Shown here: piece after piece, positions 14,001 through 28,700 of the stretch
Layout: every line of letters begins with the position of its first letter
Numbering within the stretch: the stretch's first letter is position 1
Source of the DNA: Botryllus schlosseri
Lineage: Eukaryota
Reading direction: 5' to 3'
Length of the DNA stretch: 64,000 bases
Assembly (NCBI GenBank): GCA_051294905.1
Contig: CM119374.1
Coordinates: forward strand, 19,654,001 to 19,718,000
Made by a program: the position numbers and the translations under genes
The notes under the pieces: model-generated
The model's database searches: none
What the model was told of the DNA's origin: nothing
The model's input: the letters and a program-made list of their open reading frames with translations, nothing else

Positions 14001-17000
14001 CCCGGGTTGACCTAATATCATTTTAAGCTCTACACCGCGGATACACATACATTACCAAATTTACCATACATTAGTAGCATATCCTTCTTGGTTGCATCTT
14101 CAGAACAACTCCACTACGACGCAAGCGCTGTGCGTCCAGTAAATTCGGGGACCTTCTACGTTATGAAATGGTCCTGAGGCTACATTTGCATCGTTAAAGC
14201 TGGCATATTCATCTACTCCAGATTATGGAACTGCACTTATGCCGAAAACCTTTATCCGCTTAATCGGATGTGCGATTTGTGTGCTTAGTCATTGATAATT
14301 GCAGGTGTACCGATCATCTATACACGGCCCAGATGAATGGGCCAACCCGGATTGGACAACGACCACACATCTCGTACGAAAGCGTGAACAATAATTAAAT
14401 GTGAGCGTACTGTACATGACGCAAACTACGCTGGTATAAATAGGAAATATATTTTGCCGCTGGTCAATGCGTTTCATTGTCGCTGTAACGACATAATCTT
14501 AACACGTGACCTCATTCTATACGCACAAAACAAAACATAGCACTCAGTTAGCCACGTCCGGCCTCAGGCAAATCAAGGAAAATACGTATGGGCTGTGCCC
14601 TATCCGAAACCAATGTACTAATAGTCTCCAAATAGGTAATTACGACATCCGTGATTTATCAAAGCTATTACCAACTTTTCGCTTAGACATACGACGTTGA
14701 TTGGTGGTGCATGCGATACTGGCTTACATGGGTGTAGTCATCACATTTGATATTTCGAAAACTAGACACTAGACAGCCTATCTGGACATGACGTCATATG
14801 TTGGGTTCTATTTGGTGTATGCGATGCAAGGCGACGATGCAAACTATTTCATACTGTACGGGTCACTGAACCGCATATGCTGTAGTATTACCGGGAATCG
14901 AATACGTAATCGCAACCTCGTTTCCTTGCTTCGTTGACAATGACACCCATATTATCATGAATCTCGGTTCTGTGATTTATATTTTGTTTTGTTCAGACAA
15001 CGTTTTAATGTATTTATGCGCATTCGAAAGCAGGTATATTATTTGTCACCCCCGTTCGCGCTACCGTTTACGGCAACATATATAGATGATGCTAAGAACA
15101 ACTACTCGACTTTTGCCAGAAATATTACTTACTAAATAAAGCTTACTGTTACTTGAGGTGCCGGTAATAAAAAAATTAACAAGCCTGCTCTGCGGATTTT
15201 TCTTTTATTAATCCTCCTGTCAACACAGCACTTGGTGATCAGCAGTCGAATTTTATCGTTATGGTCGATTCTGTTCCAGCTCTCGAAGTACGGTCACGAT
15301 CACCCCGTGAACTCCTAGTTCCTGCCAGATGCACTTGGAGGGACGAATTGATTCATATTCTCTCTATTCATATCCATGGTGTTTCAACATAGGATCATTA
15401 TGCAACAGGTCGATTCATGAACTATTGTGCTACACGTCAGCAGCTACGAAATCATAATAAAGAATATCGGCCTGGTGTAAATGACCATCCCAGTCGGAAA
15501 ACGCCATGAACACCACAGACAACAACAACTGACAGCTTATTGCACGGCTCACTTTCGTTTAAGGCTTTTATAAGACATCGCTTATGCGAATCAGATGACG
15601 ATGGGGAACCTATAGTTGAACCTCCAAGACCCAGGAGTGTTTGGAGCGTTTATGGGCTGCCCTCCTTGGCTTTCACCTCTCTTCTCGTTAAATACCTCAT
15701 TATCGGGTTTACATTTGGCGTAGATATGATGTACTGTGATATAACCGAGTGGCAATATACATGTCCCGCATTGATACCGTTTCCGGCCCACACCCGGCAA
15801 GAACATGCTCTGTAGGTGATATCAATATCTTTAATTGAGTTCATAGATAGGGCAGATATCTGAAATCATAATACCGATAACGTCGCGACGTACGTTAATG
15901 ACCAGCGAATCGTAAAGTTTGGAGGACGTATTGATACGCACGTTGCTTCTAGAATATTCCGCCTGCGTAATAACATTCATAGATCGCAAACCGCGAAAGC
16001 CACATCGCAAATTCCGTACACACGGCACACTGCCCTCTTTGTGATACGCTGTATCGAAGGGGTAATTGAGTGGGTTCATAGACTTCCGATAAATAATATG
16101 TCAGCTGGTCCTATCTTCCGCGAAACGGAAAAACCTCGATGGCTTGCAACCGATCGGCCAACACATGCATTTCAGGTATGGCAGCGGTATACTTGATGCA
16201 TTGCTTAACGTAGCGTTAACGCGACATACAGCTATTATCGCGACATCCATTACAACTTTGCATTACGAAGGCCATTGGAATTGAAAGGAAACAGTATCAC
16301 CCCAAACGCCCGTGCCAACCGGCGTGTGTAGGTTATGTGTAATTGTGAATCGTGGCGTTGCCAGGCTATATGATTCGATGGCTCCAAAACACCAAGGACT
16401 AAATATAAACGTCATATTGCCATGTTTTAGATACGGCGAGTCAGTGGGAAACATATACTCAATCTCTTTTTTACACTAAGTAGAAAAAATATTCATAATT
16501 CCAGTGGAACATTCCTGAGTTGCCGAAACGAGATACCTATTTCCTGAGTAACAAACGTTACACCGGTTCGTCCCCGTCTCCGCTCGAATCTTCACGATAC
16601 ATTGAGTGCGTGCTTAAGTCTCCTTGAAAAGATTGGACAGAAAGCGTGGCAAAGCCTTTTGTTCCAGCTGAAGACATTTCCATGAAAGTTGACAGTAAGC
16701 GTCTCTCCGTATGTCAACACCGCACTGGTGATAACCATATATTGCTCCGGAATATTGAAACTGCGGTGAACCGGAAAAATTCCACGTGGCGCCGACCTCA
16801 CTTTGCTTGCTTCGGTGACAACGTGATTGCCAAGAATGCTTTCTTCGCGTTGCTCCGGTCCCACCGGAATCCTTGGCTTGTTACGGGCACCATGCCATTG
16901 TTGATGTTACACTTGTAAGGTATATCGATTGATTGTTGAGTGAACTTCTTTGAACATCTGCAACGGTCTACGTTGCTATATATCATATGACAGTGGTTAG

Positions 17001-18604
17001 TTGTTGTTATTACTCGCGGTTTATGCAAGACGTTACCGTCCTGTCAAATTATCTATTGCTCCGGTGCACTGAACGTGATCGTTATAGAAATATAGTTCAG
17101 GTTACATTAACCATGCTCCCGTGTTTCTTTGACCATCAGACGTGCATTCAAGGAATAGTGGGCGATGAGAATCCATTCTACCTTTGACTATAGTATTAAT
17201 TTGAGCTTTACGAGCGTTGGCCATTCCAACGAGCCATGCAGATTCTTTGGCATAGCCTTTCTTCTTTTATTTATTCAATTGCGATCATCATTCCCTGTAC
17301 ATTGTACAATTGTACAAGATAGTTTAAACTATATGTAAACGTTATTTTTTTTATCGTAGGAGATGTTAATCTAGTTACGTGTTTATTTACCTCCATTTGA
17401 TGCGTTGGGATTCGATGATAAATACATATAAAAGTCGTGTTCAGTTCGGCAATGGTGAACTGAGCCATAAGATGGATATCGTCTCCCAATTTAAAATAAA
17501 TTACAAGTACGATGTTGTCATCCGAGTAGCATGATTCTTTGGGAAGAAGACGGGTTAAGCACAAACAGCCGTATGTAATTGCATATGTCCGCGCATAACC
17601 TTGATGAAGCCTTTTTCTTTTCGGAATGTTCGTTCTTACTTGCCCTCTGCAATTGGAGATTGGCAGTTTCGAGGCGAAATATTTTGTTGCCCATTGTATC
17701 AGGTAACGGTTATATCTGGTTAAACAATCAGTGTAAGTTGCGAATTAGGCTGTGTCTTCCGAACTTGCGGTTGCTACACAATTGCTATAGCTCTTAAACC
17801 GTCTGGAATCCTTGTCAACGATGAGGCAGCATTGTGTAATCTAAACCTTCACGGTGGCATGCTTACCAATCCACCAATTTCGCGAATGAATGCAGCCCAA
17901 ATAACACGGTCAGGTTAGAAGCAGTGGCAAAGAAATGGAATTTGACAAAGCTTTCTCACCACACTCCCATCATCTACGGTTGCCGCCCTGATAGATCTCA
18001 GCGGATGAGTGGGCCTTTTCTTGACTGTTTTATCCGCGAAAGTTATTGCATGACATGCCGACCACGCGACATACAATTCAAATACGAACGTCACACGGCT
18101 GCAACACCGATGGGTGGCGGCCTAGCGGGTTCGAGTCAGAATCACTCCCTGACTGAATATTGAGGTCTATACAGGTTCCTCATTGTCTCACCGGGTACGC
18201 GGTGTCTTACAAACATGGACCGGGCTATAAGTCGCCAGTTTTGAAATCACAAACAATTACCATTGATCTGGTGTAAAATGACAATTGGTGTCGAAATACT
18301 AATAATACCGAAACAGAAACAGCTACGACTGCAGCAAGATATGTATTGGATATCCCTGCGTGATCTATACGTGTTTGGACGGTGGAAATGTATAGCCCCT
18401 GAAAATAATTCCTATTCCTCACATACCGCAATGTCAGTTAACATTACAGTAGCATGCAAGTTGCACCTAAAAATAATCTTTAGATTATATTTTCATTTGC
18501 CCAAGACACACACATAATGTACAATGCGATATACAAGACACACAATGATATGTAATGAACAGATAGGGGATGCCGAGCGACCAACCAGTGAGAGTCTCTG
18601 AAAC

Positions 18605-18765
18605 TGGCATCAGCCTCGACCTAAGTGCCCGATGTCACAGACTTCTTCGGTGTTATTCTTTCTTCGTCGGTCCTTTTTAGGAGCTATTTCTTGCTATTTT
18701 TCTCTCCTTATCGAGTCTTGTTTTCTGGGCTTTTTAGTCGCCGTAAGAACAGCGACACGTGGGGA
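18605..18765 (-). repeat. Decayed copy of the repeat body found at 43010-43130
   Basis: Shared blocks on the minus strand: GCTGTTCTTACGGC, AAAA(A/G)CCCAG, CTGT(G/T)ACATCGGGCA(C)TTAGG and GGCTGATGC. Confidence 0.5.
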
Positions 18766-20286
18766 CGAGGAACCCTGAATATCAGCCCAGAATACCTAGT
18801 CCGTGAAATGCATACCGCCCCACAATTGCGAATGTGGCGGCGATAGGATGTGATTAGTGAATGCGCCTGCTATGGATCAAATACACTGCACGATTTTTCC
18901 GTAACAATATCAATTTCGCTTTGTCGACAGCGTTGTTCCGAGAAACCTTAACTTTCTTGTATGACATCACGCGAGTCAGTTTGTTTAGGGTATTAAGAAC
19001 ATGATTGAATCAAAAGCCCCAATCATTTAAAATCCCAGATTAAACCAATTCCTTCGGCGATTATCTGATAATGCTGCCAAGTTAAAAAAAATTAAGTGGC
19101 ACATCTGGAATAGCGTCGGTGATACTATGCGACCGCTCAGCGAAATTGATTGGGAGCCGATTGGAAAATTTGATTAGAGTTAAAAGGAATATTCATAATT
19201 GATTCAACCTTTCAGCACGCGAGATTGGGACACGCGTGTCCGGCAAAATGTTACGAAATCACTCAAGAAAATATCTTGAAATACGGTAATCCCCGCTTCA
19301 AGGGCGTCTGACGCACGGAATTGGATCGGTAAATATTGTTACGAAACCTACCGGATGCCGATTCTACAGGTCATTTTGCAATTCGCAACTTTTGTCTATT
19401 GTAATCGTAATGCTCAACAGGATGACAAGTAGCCATTGCAGCGCGTTGCTCAGATTTTGGATTGCAGCAACGTTATGCCGACATGTGTTTGCTTTGTGAT
19501 TTTATTTATCATGCAGTCAATGGCAGGGGGTCCAAACTTATTCCGAGGCCACCTAATATTCGAAATGCCAATATTCCTAAGGGTGTATTTGAGCATTGGT
19601 GTACACTACGAAATTAGGTTATCTTGGAGCTGATGCTATAGCCTGCCTTTCGTAACCTATTCACTATGTACGCCGTTACGCTTGTTCTTCTAAAAAATAT
19701 ATCAAATTTACACTCATATGTTTTTGTAAATGGTCAAGTCGAGAGGTCAATTGCAGGACGATCTTTTGGCACCTCTGCTCAATAGCATGAATCACAATAC
19801 TTGCGCGATGTAAATAGCATAAAGTAACAGTATTTTCCATCTCTTAATCACCTCAGTTTGCAGCGGAACCTGCATAAAAATGAACACTGTTATGATCAGA
19901 CGTGACGCTATCATATATCATTAAAATGATTTTCGACAGAAGAAGGGCGGTGCTTTACTCTTGACCGCCCATTGGCTATTCACTCCTGCTACGTCCGGAA
20001 TCTCAGTCAAACATAATCATATTTTTGCGCCAGTGTTCATAGTTCGTAGAGCGAATAACAATGGTAGCGGGTAGCTCAAACGCCGCGCAACGATAGCATC
20101 ACATATCACTATGGATAATGTCGCGTTAATATTTATGAAGTGTATACAGATATCCATGTTTTATCATTTTTACTGCTTTATTCAGGCGATACTCTATTAT
20201 CTAATCACAACGACCAACATCAGACCTGAAAGTATGCTATTTTAGGTTTATATCATACGATTTTGATGTATTTGAATCGGTTGCCC

Positions 20287-20567
20287 GACATATGAGCATG
20301 CGGCACAATGGAAAACGACAGTTCAGCATGGAACACATCAGCATGCGTCACTTCAGCATGTGACTGGATAACCCAAAAACTTACCCTAACCCGAAACATA
20401 GCCTAACCTAACCTAACCTAGCCTAACCTAACCTAAAGCCTAACCCAACCATAAATCCAACCCTAACCTACCCCTAACCCGTAATTTAACCCACATGCTC
20501 ATGTGTCGCATGCCAAATTGTCGCATGCCGAAGTCTCGCATGCTGTAATGTCGCATGCTCACATGTC
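20287..20567. mobile_element. Non-autonomous element with 19-bp inverted repeats around a degenerate (CCTAA/CCCTAA)n core
   Basis: GACATATGAGCATGCGGCA (20287-20305) versus the reverse complement of 20549-20567 matches at 17/19. GCATG motifs repeat on both arms. The telomere-like array spans about 20383-20492. Confidence 0.7.
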
Positions 20568-23500
20568 CACGGACCATTTGAATCTAATAATATTTACAAT
20601 TACCCCTGCGAATTTCCAAAATTTTGAGAGTAGCCAAAACATCTCCAAAACGTTTGACAGGCGCTGATGAAATATCCCCGCACGTTTTCAAGCGCAAAGA
20701 AAAGCGATAATCGTGCTGTAATATGAGTTCAGGTGTCAAGTTGATGTAGCCGTTCGTGGTGGATACTCGGTATTAGGTATTATCTGTAATTGCAGATAAT
20801 CCTTGCAGTGCTCGGGGAATTTAATCCGTCTGTTTACGGTGATATGCGCGGGTTTCCGCTGACCGCGATTTCCTTTACTAGCTTTGGAACTCTTTTTACG
20901 GCTTGCATGCTGGTTGGGACCTGACACCGTCTGCACATATGCAAAGTATGTCGAGTATTGACGTTCTCTCATACTCCACGCTAATTGGCACTTGAGTGTC
21001 TCACCACAGAATAAACGTGTGTGTGGTATATGGTTGTGGTATATGGCTGCGGTGGCGAGGAATTTCCTGCTGATCTTGGTGTATTCTGCGAAATGTTACG
21101 AATAATCGAATTGCCATTTAATTGGTGTATTAGGCGACAAAGACGTTTTGGCGGTGCAAAGTGAAATATTGATCAAATATCGGCGAATCTACCTAAACAT
21201 GGCCACGCTCCCAATTAAGAAGAACTGTAAATGACTCCCCATCATTCTCCACTGAAACCCACACTTCTATACTCATGTCCATTGTCCAATTGTCCATACG
21301 CGATCGTTATACGCTATATTCTTCGTTTTGTAATTACGCCTCTCAACGAAGGTTTCTGCCGGAGTGGAATATTTATGCCTTGTAATTGTTGTATTAGAAT
21401 GTGACAAATAGCATTTGAATTTCGTACAGTAAAACATTTATTCATGTAGTTGCTCCTCCGTCATTAGGACTACTGTAGGCCGATATTCATGCAAGAATAT
21501 GACGCCGCTGGCGCTAACAGTGACAGCAAATGCACACGCTGCACATGGACATGGAGCCCTAAAGATTCATAACTATTAATTCCCACAATACACATTTTGA
21601 TCATCTAATGTTTATCAGTCCTCGGATCCTTCGTCATTGAGATTGCTACAGTGTGATGGCATTTTCAAAGATTTCACTATTGCAAAAACACGATGTCAGT
21701 AAATAAACGAAGTTGAGCTTCGAGGTACCCGTAAAAAGCGGATCGCCGATAGATGAAAGGTACCGTCGAGTTTCCATATCATCCCTCGGAACGTGGTCAT
21801 TATAATTTACTGTCACCTGTTTCACGGCGCTGTGGCACGTGACCTCAATCCTATCAGAAGATGTTTCATCTGATACGACGCGGTTTACTGTAAACTGTGG
21901 AAAAGATTTTTCGTTTCGAATTGCATAGGAGCGTATGGCAATAGATAAAAACCGTCGCAATTGAGTCAGCTACCTATAATTTCAAAAACAGACATGTCAC
22001 ATGACACCGCGTGCCCGGCATTCTTGAAGATGATTGTCAGAGTATAGAGCGATTTTTGTGATATTCAATATCTGCAATTCTCGGAATATCGGAAAATGGC
22101 ATTTTGGAATGCGCGATATGTCATTACTAGCAACATGGCTGATCATTAGATTTGTTTGCTCAGACCAGTGATGCATCAGTTACTGCACCCCGCCATGCCA
22201 AATATAACATTATAATAGCCTGTCGAAACCAACGTCAGCGTATACTGCGTATGATATCTCATATAAACATCAGTTTGCATAAGGATCGACCGAATGTTGC
22301 CACTAAATATATACATATGGGCGCAACTTCATTGGTAAACACGAACAAGTTGAAATGTCATGTTGTAGTCACGTGGTATCACTGATAATTATAGTAGTGA
22401 GGGTCTGAAAATCCGGCGTTTGCATCAATATGCATATTGTGTAGTATGGGCGAGCAGTGGTGGCACGTTGCGGTTCTAGGAATTATTACTCGGATTAATG
22501 GTTGTTAGAATTTGTCATGTCACTCTCACACCTTTTGTACCCGCCTCTCTCTCTCTCTCTTTAACATTAGGGTAGACTAACCAATCTACGAGCAGCGTAT
22601 TAACGTGTTGCCTTCGGCGGTTCTGCTGATCATCTTCAATCTTTCAGTGGGAATGGATTGAAAATTAGGAAAATCTATTGAAGTTTGGAGAAATCAAACT
22701 TCGTCAAGCTAATCAGATAATGCAATTTGACTATCATTTTCACCGTGAAATCATATCCGTCAATTACGAGAACAGGTAAATCACAAGAGAATACCAGGAG
22801 AGACTGTATATGTTGCTCTCAAATTGGGTCCAACCCGCTGCCAGTCGTACATGGATCTTTCGTTTTCGCACCGCGCTTCATCTCTCTTTCTAGCATCAGT
22901 TGTTTTGATGTCGTCGATTAGTACAATGGATTTGCATATTTACACGAAAACAACCTTTTCACTCTTAATGGCGCGCAAGCGTTACGTACAGATTACTTGT
23001 CACAAGTGACTCGTAAGAGCGACATAACCTTGCGCTAATTTTCGACATGTCTTTGCGACCTCGTATCTCTCCTTGTACCGATTTCTTCGTTAAATTCATT
23101 GATAACATCTCAAACAGTAGTGTTCGTGATGGCATGATTGAGTGTTCATAACGTATTTTAGATAATCAGCATCCTATCTACACCTGCATCTCAAGCACGA
23201 TTATCCGTTGTGGTCCTTTACCTATGAATTCTGCGCAGCGATTGTCTTGATAGCTTTTTCGACGAAAACTGCATTTCCCAATACTATACATTGGACAGTT
23301 AGAAACTTGCTTTCATGGTAACGTGCTTCTATCCAAAGCCCAAACTATTGAAAGAGTAAGCTAATAATGAAATAATCCACGATGCGGCTGGAGCTTACGG
23401 AAAATCGCCCGTTGTAATATTATTCGATGTTCACAATGGTAAAAAGCTTAAAAAGTTTCAAAAGGAATTAAAAAAACAAAAACACAACAAGAAAATATAA

Positions 23501-23868
23501 TTCATTCTCATTTTAAATTATATGATCTGAACTGAACGATCATATGCTATTCCTCCTGTTACACATTTTACATCATAGCATGTCACGAATGCTATTCCGG
23601 GATCCCGTATCATTCGTTGTGGAAATTTCAATGGGTAAAGAGAAAAAGATATGAAAAGGATTACAGTCACACACGAAAGACCTGGTGTGAGATGTAGACC
23701 GTAGATGTCGGAATGTCATCAGATGAGAAACAACTTTGAAATAGAATGGATGACGACCATCAGCAACTGCGTGGACAATTGACTTTCATTTTTCATTTCT
23801 AATCATTGACACATTCTGGATGGGGAATAAGATGCTGTCCAATAGAAGAGCTGTAAACCGCTATAGAT

Positions 23869-25772
23869 CAGTGCTTTTCAACCTTTTTGAGCTCCATTCG
23901 CACTTTTTTTGTAAAGTAAATTTCATTCGCATGAACTAATCAAAAACTGTTATACAAAAAGAAGATGAAGATGCTTAACAAAATTTTGTTCAGATGTGCA
24001 ACAAATTGGCAAATATGTAGCTTAAGCTGTCAAGTGTCTGATTAAAAAGGCAACTTTTTTCGCTCGTTCTGATTTCAACTATTTCACTAAAACCCTTCTC
24101 GGCAAACACTAAGTTGTTGGGTTTTGTACAAGAACGTCTACTATAGTGCTTGGATAGCCAGGTCTTAAAATCTGTTCTGCACTCCTATCCAAATACAGCG
24201 TATTTTTCGCGAGTGAAAAATGCTTGCAGGAGGAAATCGTTTTTGAGAGCTGACACAAAGGTCCCGGAGGCTCCAGTTTGTCGAAAGGGTGAAAAACCCA
24301 CATGTTTGTGTTGATGCTTTGGCTTTGGTCTTGGAACATAAGGTGCAACACGATCAAGGAGAGTAGGCACATTAGAGCTCGCTACCTTGATACGTTGCTC
24401 CAACTTCTGTCTCGCGAGTTATGACAAGAGCAAATATACTCATGATACTGTGTGTTCTGTTCTTTAGCTCAATCTAAGTTGAGAATTCATAACAGTAAAC
24501 ATAAGATAACGGTAAATCAGCTTTTAGATTACCAAGTCTTAGTTTTTGTGGCATCTCGCGACCCGAGCCTCACCCATGAAAAGGAGTTCAATTTTAATAC
24601 CACAGTTTTATGCTACGATTTTACGGACATGTATGACATACAGAACGCGCACACCACAATTCTACCCAACACAGCTCTACAAAACATATCTGACGCACGC
24701 GATTTCAAATTAGGGCAAATTAAATTCCTCTGCGTGTCGCAGTTGTATTACTGTCTATTCATATTACAAGAACGGGACTATTCCGTGCCGACAACGGAGC
24801 ACAATCAGCACATCCGTATCGCAAGGTTTGTCCATACAGCATCGGTCATTGTTAGACCTAGGTTTTGTCGCCGCTTATCAGCGGTTCGTTGGCCAAAACT
24901 TTACGTCTTCATGTGCCCGACGCAGAAGACGTTGGCCTCGAAATGAATGAACCTCATAGGCCTGAACTCGCTCGCTGCACATCTCACCCGCCTACATTAG
25001 TTCATCCCATCGGTCTTCGACCATGTTTTAAGAAAACCCAATCGGACTAATCTTATCATGAATTCTCATAAAGGCATATTTTCTGCGTGTCTCGCATATT
25101 GGGTACAGTACCCAACATAGTGCCCTTGGATATGTAAAAAGTATCGCAGAATTATTTGCAATAAATTCACAAAATATTACATACATGTTAACAAATAGCT
25201 CTGGTACCGTGTCGACCCAAAATTATACCCTTTGCGGTCCATACTTTAATAACTCTTGAAAGGGTAAAAATTTGCGTTACGGTAACTTGCAAATCTGAGT
25301 CTGTAACGATGGTATTTACTGTACTATCCTCGTGCCTCGCGCTAATCGAACAGTTATTACCAAATGTTGATGATTGTTTAGCGAAAGAAAGCAAACATAG
25401 TCAATTTGACGTAATTTTTCCAGCCTGTCGCAGGCTCAGGCAGGCTGATATACTGTACGTCTGTCATGACACCAGCTTCCAAACCAGGTTTTTGGTTACG
25501 CAATAGTTATAGTGCGAAAATATTAATTCACTACGGCTTGTGAGAGCTACGATTAGTGGTGCGTCGTAAGATAAGTTTTTACAATTGCGTCGCCACCACA
25601 AAAGTCACACTGACCTTAAATTTCCTATTAGGTTTATTCGAATTATTTCACGTCAGAAAAATAACAATTATTCACGATTCTCATTCGCACTATTCGCACC
25701 ACCTTCGTCATTCGCGCTGCAATTTTTTTCATTCACCCAAGTGCGAACCGTCACACAGGTTGAAAAGCACTG
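23869..25772. mobile_element. 1.9-kb non-autonomous element with Charlie/hAT-like CAGTG termini
   Basis: Perfect 16-bp TIR CAGTGCTTTTCAACCT. Flanked by an identical 10-bp direct repeat cgctatagat (23859-23868 and 25773-25782). Confidence 0.85.
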
Positions 25773-28700
25773 CGCTATAGATGATAACAATCCAACTAGT
25801 GATTACGATGATATAGGGTTTCAGCAGTATCTTTCTACGCTTTACTCTAGACGAAGTATCTATTTTACACGCTAATGATATTCGACCCACATATACTGAA
25901 TGTCGCATCTCTGCACGCGTTCGTATATTATACTACTGTGATTTGTCGATTTGTCACAAATCCATGCTGTACGTATGTATATGCGTGACGTGGGATCCGT
26001 TGCCATAGTTGAAAATGAATCTTGAGTTTTTGTTTAGTAATATAAACCTAATATATACACATATTTGTCGATATAATTGGCGTTTCATGCGGGAGGAGCG
26101 AAATGCTTTGCATGGTGTATATAAATTTTGTGATTCGCTTCTCATCTGCAATTACACATCACTTGTGTGAACTCTATGTTACATATAGTTTCATTGCGGA
26201 GAATTTCTCCAAATATAAAATATTGCGCAGCCTCCTTTTTTGGCGATGGCCAGCAATAATGCGAAGGGATTACCATAATCCATCAACACCGCACGGTGTT
26301 TGTAAATAATGCCTTTTTCGTTTACTCAATAAGGTGTTTCCTACTTCCGCTTTGAATATGCCTTTGGCTTGTGTAAACAAGGTGTGTTTTCAACCGATTT
26401 TGTTGATGAATCCAAAGTTTATTTCTGATGTCAATGAAACCCCGAGATGAAATGTGTATATATCCATCACTTTCACGACCACATACCTTGACAACATTGT
26501 TTATATGCAAGTGCAAAGCAGTCTATTTGCAGACTTGTGTCGTCATATTGATGAACTTTTGCAATAGTTCATCTCCTATGTATATGGCTGTAATTGATTC
26601 GTGATATATTATATGAATTAATTCTGTTTGGAATTCGGTCTGCTATACGGCATGTTTAGTCATCTTAATATAACCCCTTATCAGACAATTATGCGTTCAA
26701 ACAAGCATGAATCTATCTCTAAATCTTGTATTTTGAATAAAGTCAGACCCCAAAATATGCTCTGGTAACAATAATGCACGAATTTCACATAATCAGCAGA
26801 GAGGGCAAAGTGTCATGATGTGAAGTATTTGGTTTACTAGGTTTAAGAACTTAATTATCTTCTGTATTGGGAATTAAACTTCTCCGGAAAACCGCGTCTA
26901 GAGATTATAGAAGTACACTTCTGGCAATGACTATGACTCAAATGCTGGTTGACTTGACGCACGCCGAATTTGTCTAGTTTATGAGTCGTGTGCAAATATA
27001 TATGCATGATTAGTCGTCAGGAAATGTGCAAATTAGCAACGGATTAAGAAATGAAGTTTTCAGCAGAAAATCCTTTCCGAGAACGTTCAAAATGTCTTTG
27101 TGATATATTTTATGTCAGTGGTGATGCTCCACTTTCAATATTGTCTATATACATTTTTGTGACTCAAATCTTTATAATACAGTGTAAGTCTGTAAAATAT
27201 GACGGTCAAATATGTGTATATAATATATACTATCATATCAACAATGAATGTACGTTGTAAGATTACTGGTCTATCGGTGCGAAGAAGCCAGTAAATCGGA
27301 AATTACAGTTACAGACCAAAGATGAAATGCGTAATAGGACAAAATAAATGAGCAAGCATAAAGCATTGACATTTACTTAAACTCTATGCTCATAACTGGG
27401 TTTCACAGCATTCACTCATTCTTTCCGCCATTCGTTACTCGGAGATTTCGTTGGGTATGTGTTTCATCGATATATACAAGCCATTGCTGGATTGAGGGCT
27501 ACAATTTCGAATTTTTCGATGTTGAGAGACCGGAATGGCAGGGTTCCAGTCCATATGAATATACGAATAAGGATTGCTTGGGAACACTACAGTGATAGTT
27601 GATACGGGCTGACATGTAGATGAAATCGACTGCACCAATTTCGTGTTTTTTTTCGTCAGAGTGTAGGTATAGTATCCGTTGCCGGTAATAAGGTCCTTCG
27701 TATCACACTAAATGTCAGTTTTACATTACTTCATCCCACGCAAACTCACTATCAGCGGCTTTTCCACGTGTGAAACGCCGAACACTTATCTGCGACTCCC
27801 GCACGCCAGATGTCAATTTAGCTCGAGATTTTTTTACTATGGCAATCCATCTTGAAAATAGTCGTCGCTTCCCGAAACACTTCAAATGTCTGACATGTTT
27901 TCCCAGCAATTGCTCATCTGATTTATCCACGTATGATGGGTGCCATCTTTATGTATTTTTATTGCAACTATGCTCTGTATATCTACAAATTTCTGATAAA
28001 ATCATGCCCGAATATACGAATATCCATAAAGTATTTGGCACTCCACTACCGTAGATGTCGTTCTATCCTTGGTAACACACACGGAAAGAATAGGCACATG
28101 CAATGAAATGGTAATGTGTATTGTTGTTTGATAAAGACACATGCAACGTGAGTAAAATTATGATCACCAGGCCCTTATTTACTTCGCAATTTCGCAATTG
28201 TTGGAATTGATTAGTTACAATTGGCGCACCTTGATACCTTCAAGCACTTTTTCGTTATCAGAATGTAAGGAAACATTGAATGAAGCTCTGTTTTGGCCAA
28301 CCAATTCGTACGAAGAAGGTATCACGATAATATAGAAAAACACTCATTGATATGAGCATGATGAGTTGTTAATATATTTTTTGCGGTTGCTCGGTAGTTT
28401 GTGTGACTTTGTGTGCGCGGTTCGGGGTTACTAAGCAGTTCTCAGTAGGCGTATATTTTGCTCCTACGTAAGACTGAGCTTAATTAATCTTGCCGTTAGC
28501 AATTCTTATTGTGTGGAAGGTTTGTGTTATTTTACACTTATCAAAGTTTTCCCCTTTTGATAACGGGTAAAATTCCTCAATATATTTGAATTGCGTGGAT
28601 TAGTACGTATATCGAACATTCCATCTACACTTATAACGCATCCAAACCAAGTAAGCGCAACAAGATCTCAACAACGAGATGTATTGATAGTACAGGGTGC

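Noticed and set aside
20796-20945. Hydrophobic plus-strand frame IILAVLGEFNP...ACMLVGT* after a good acceptor
   Set aside because: A stop precedes the downstream donor, and no family is recognised or link established.
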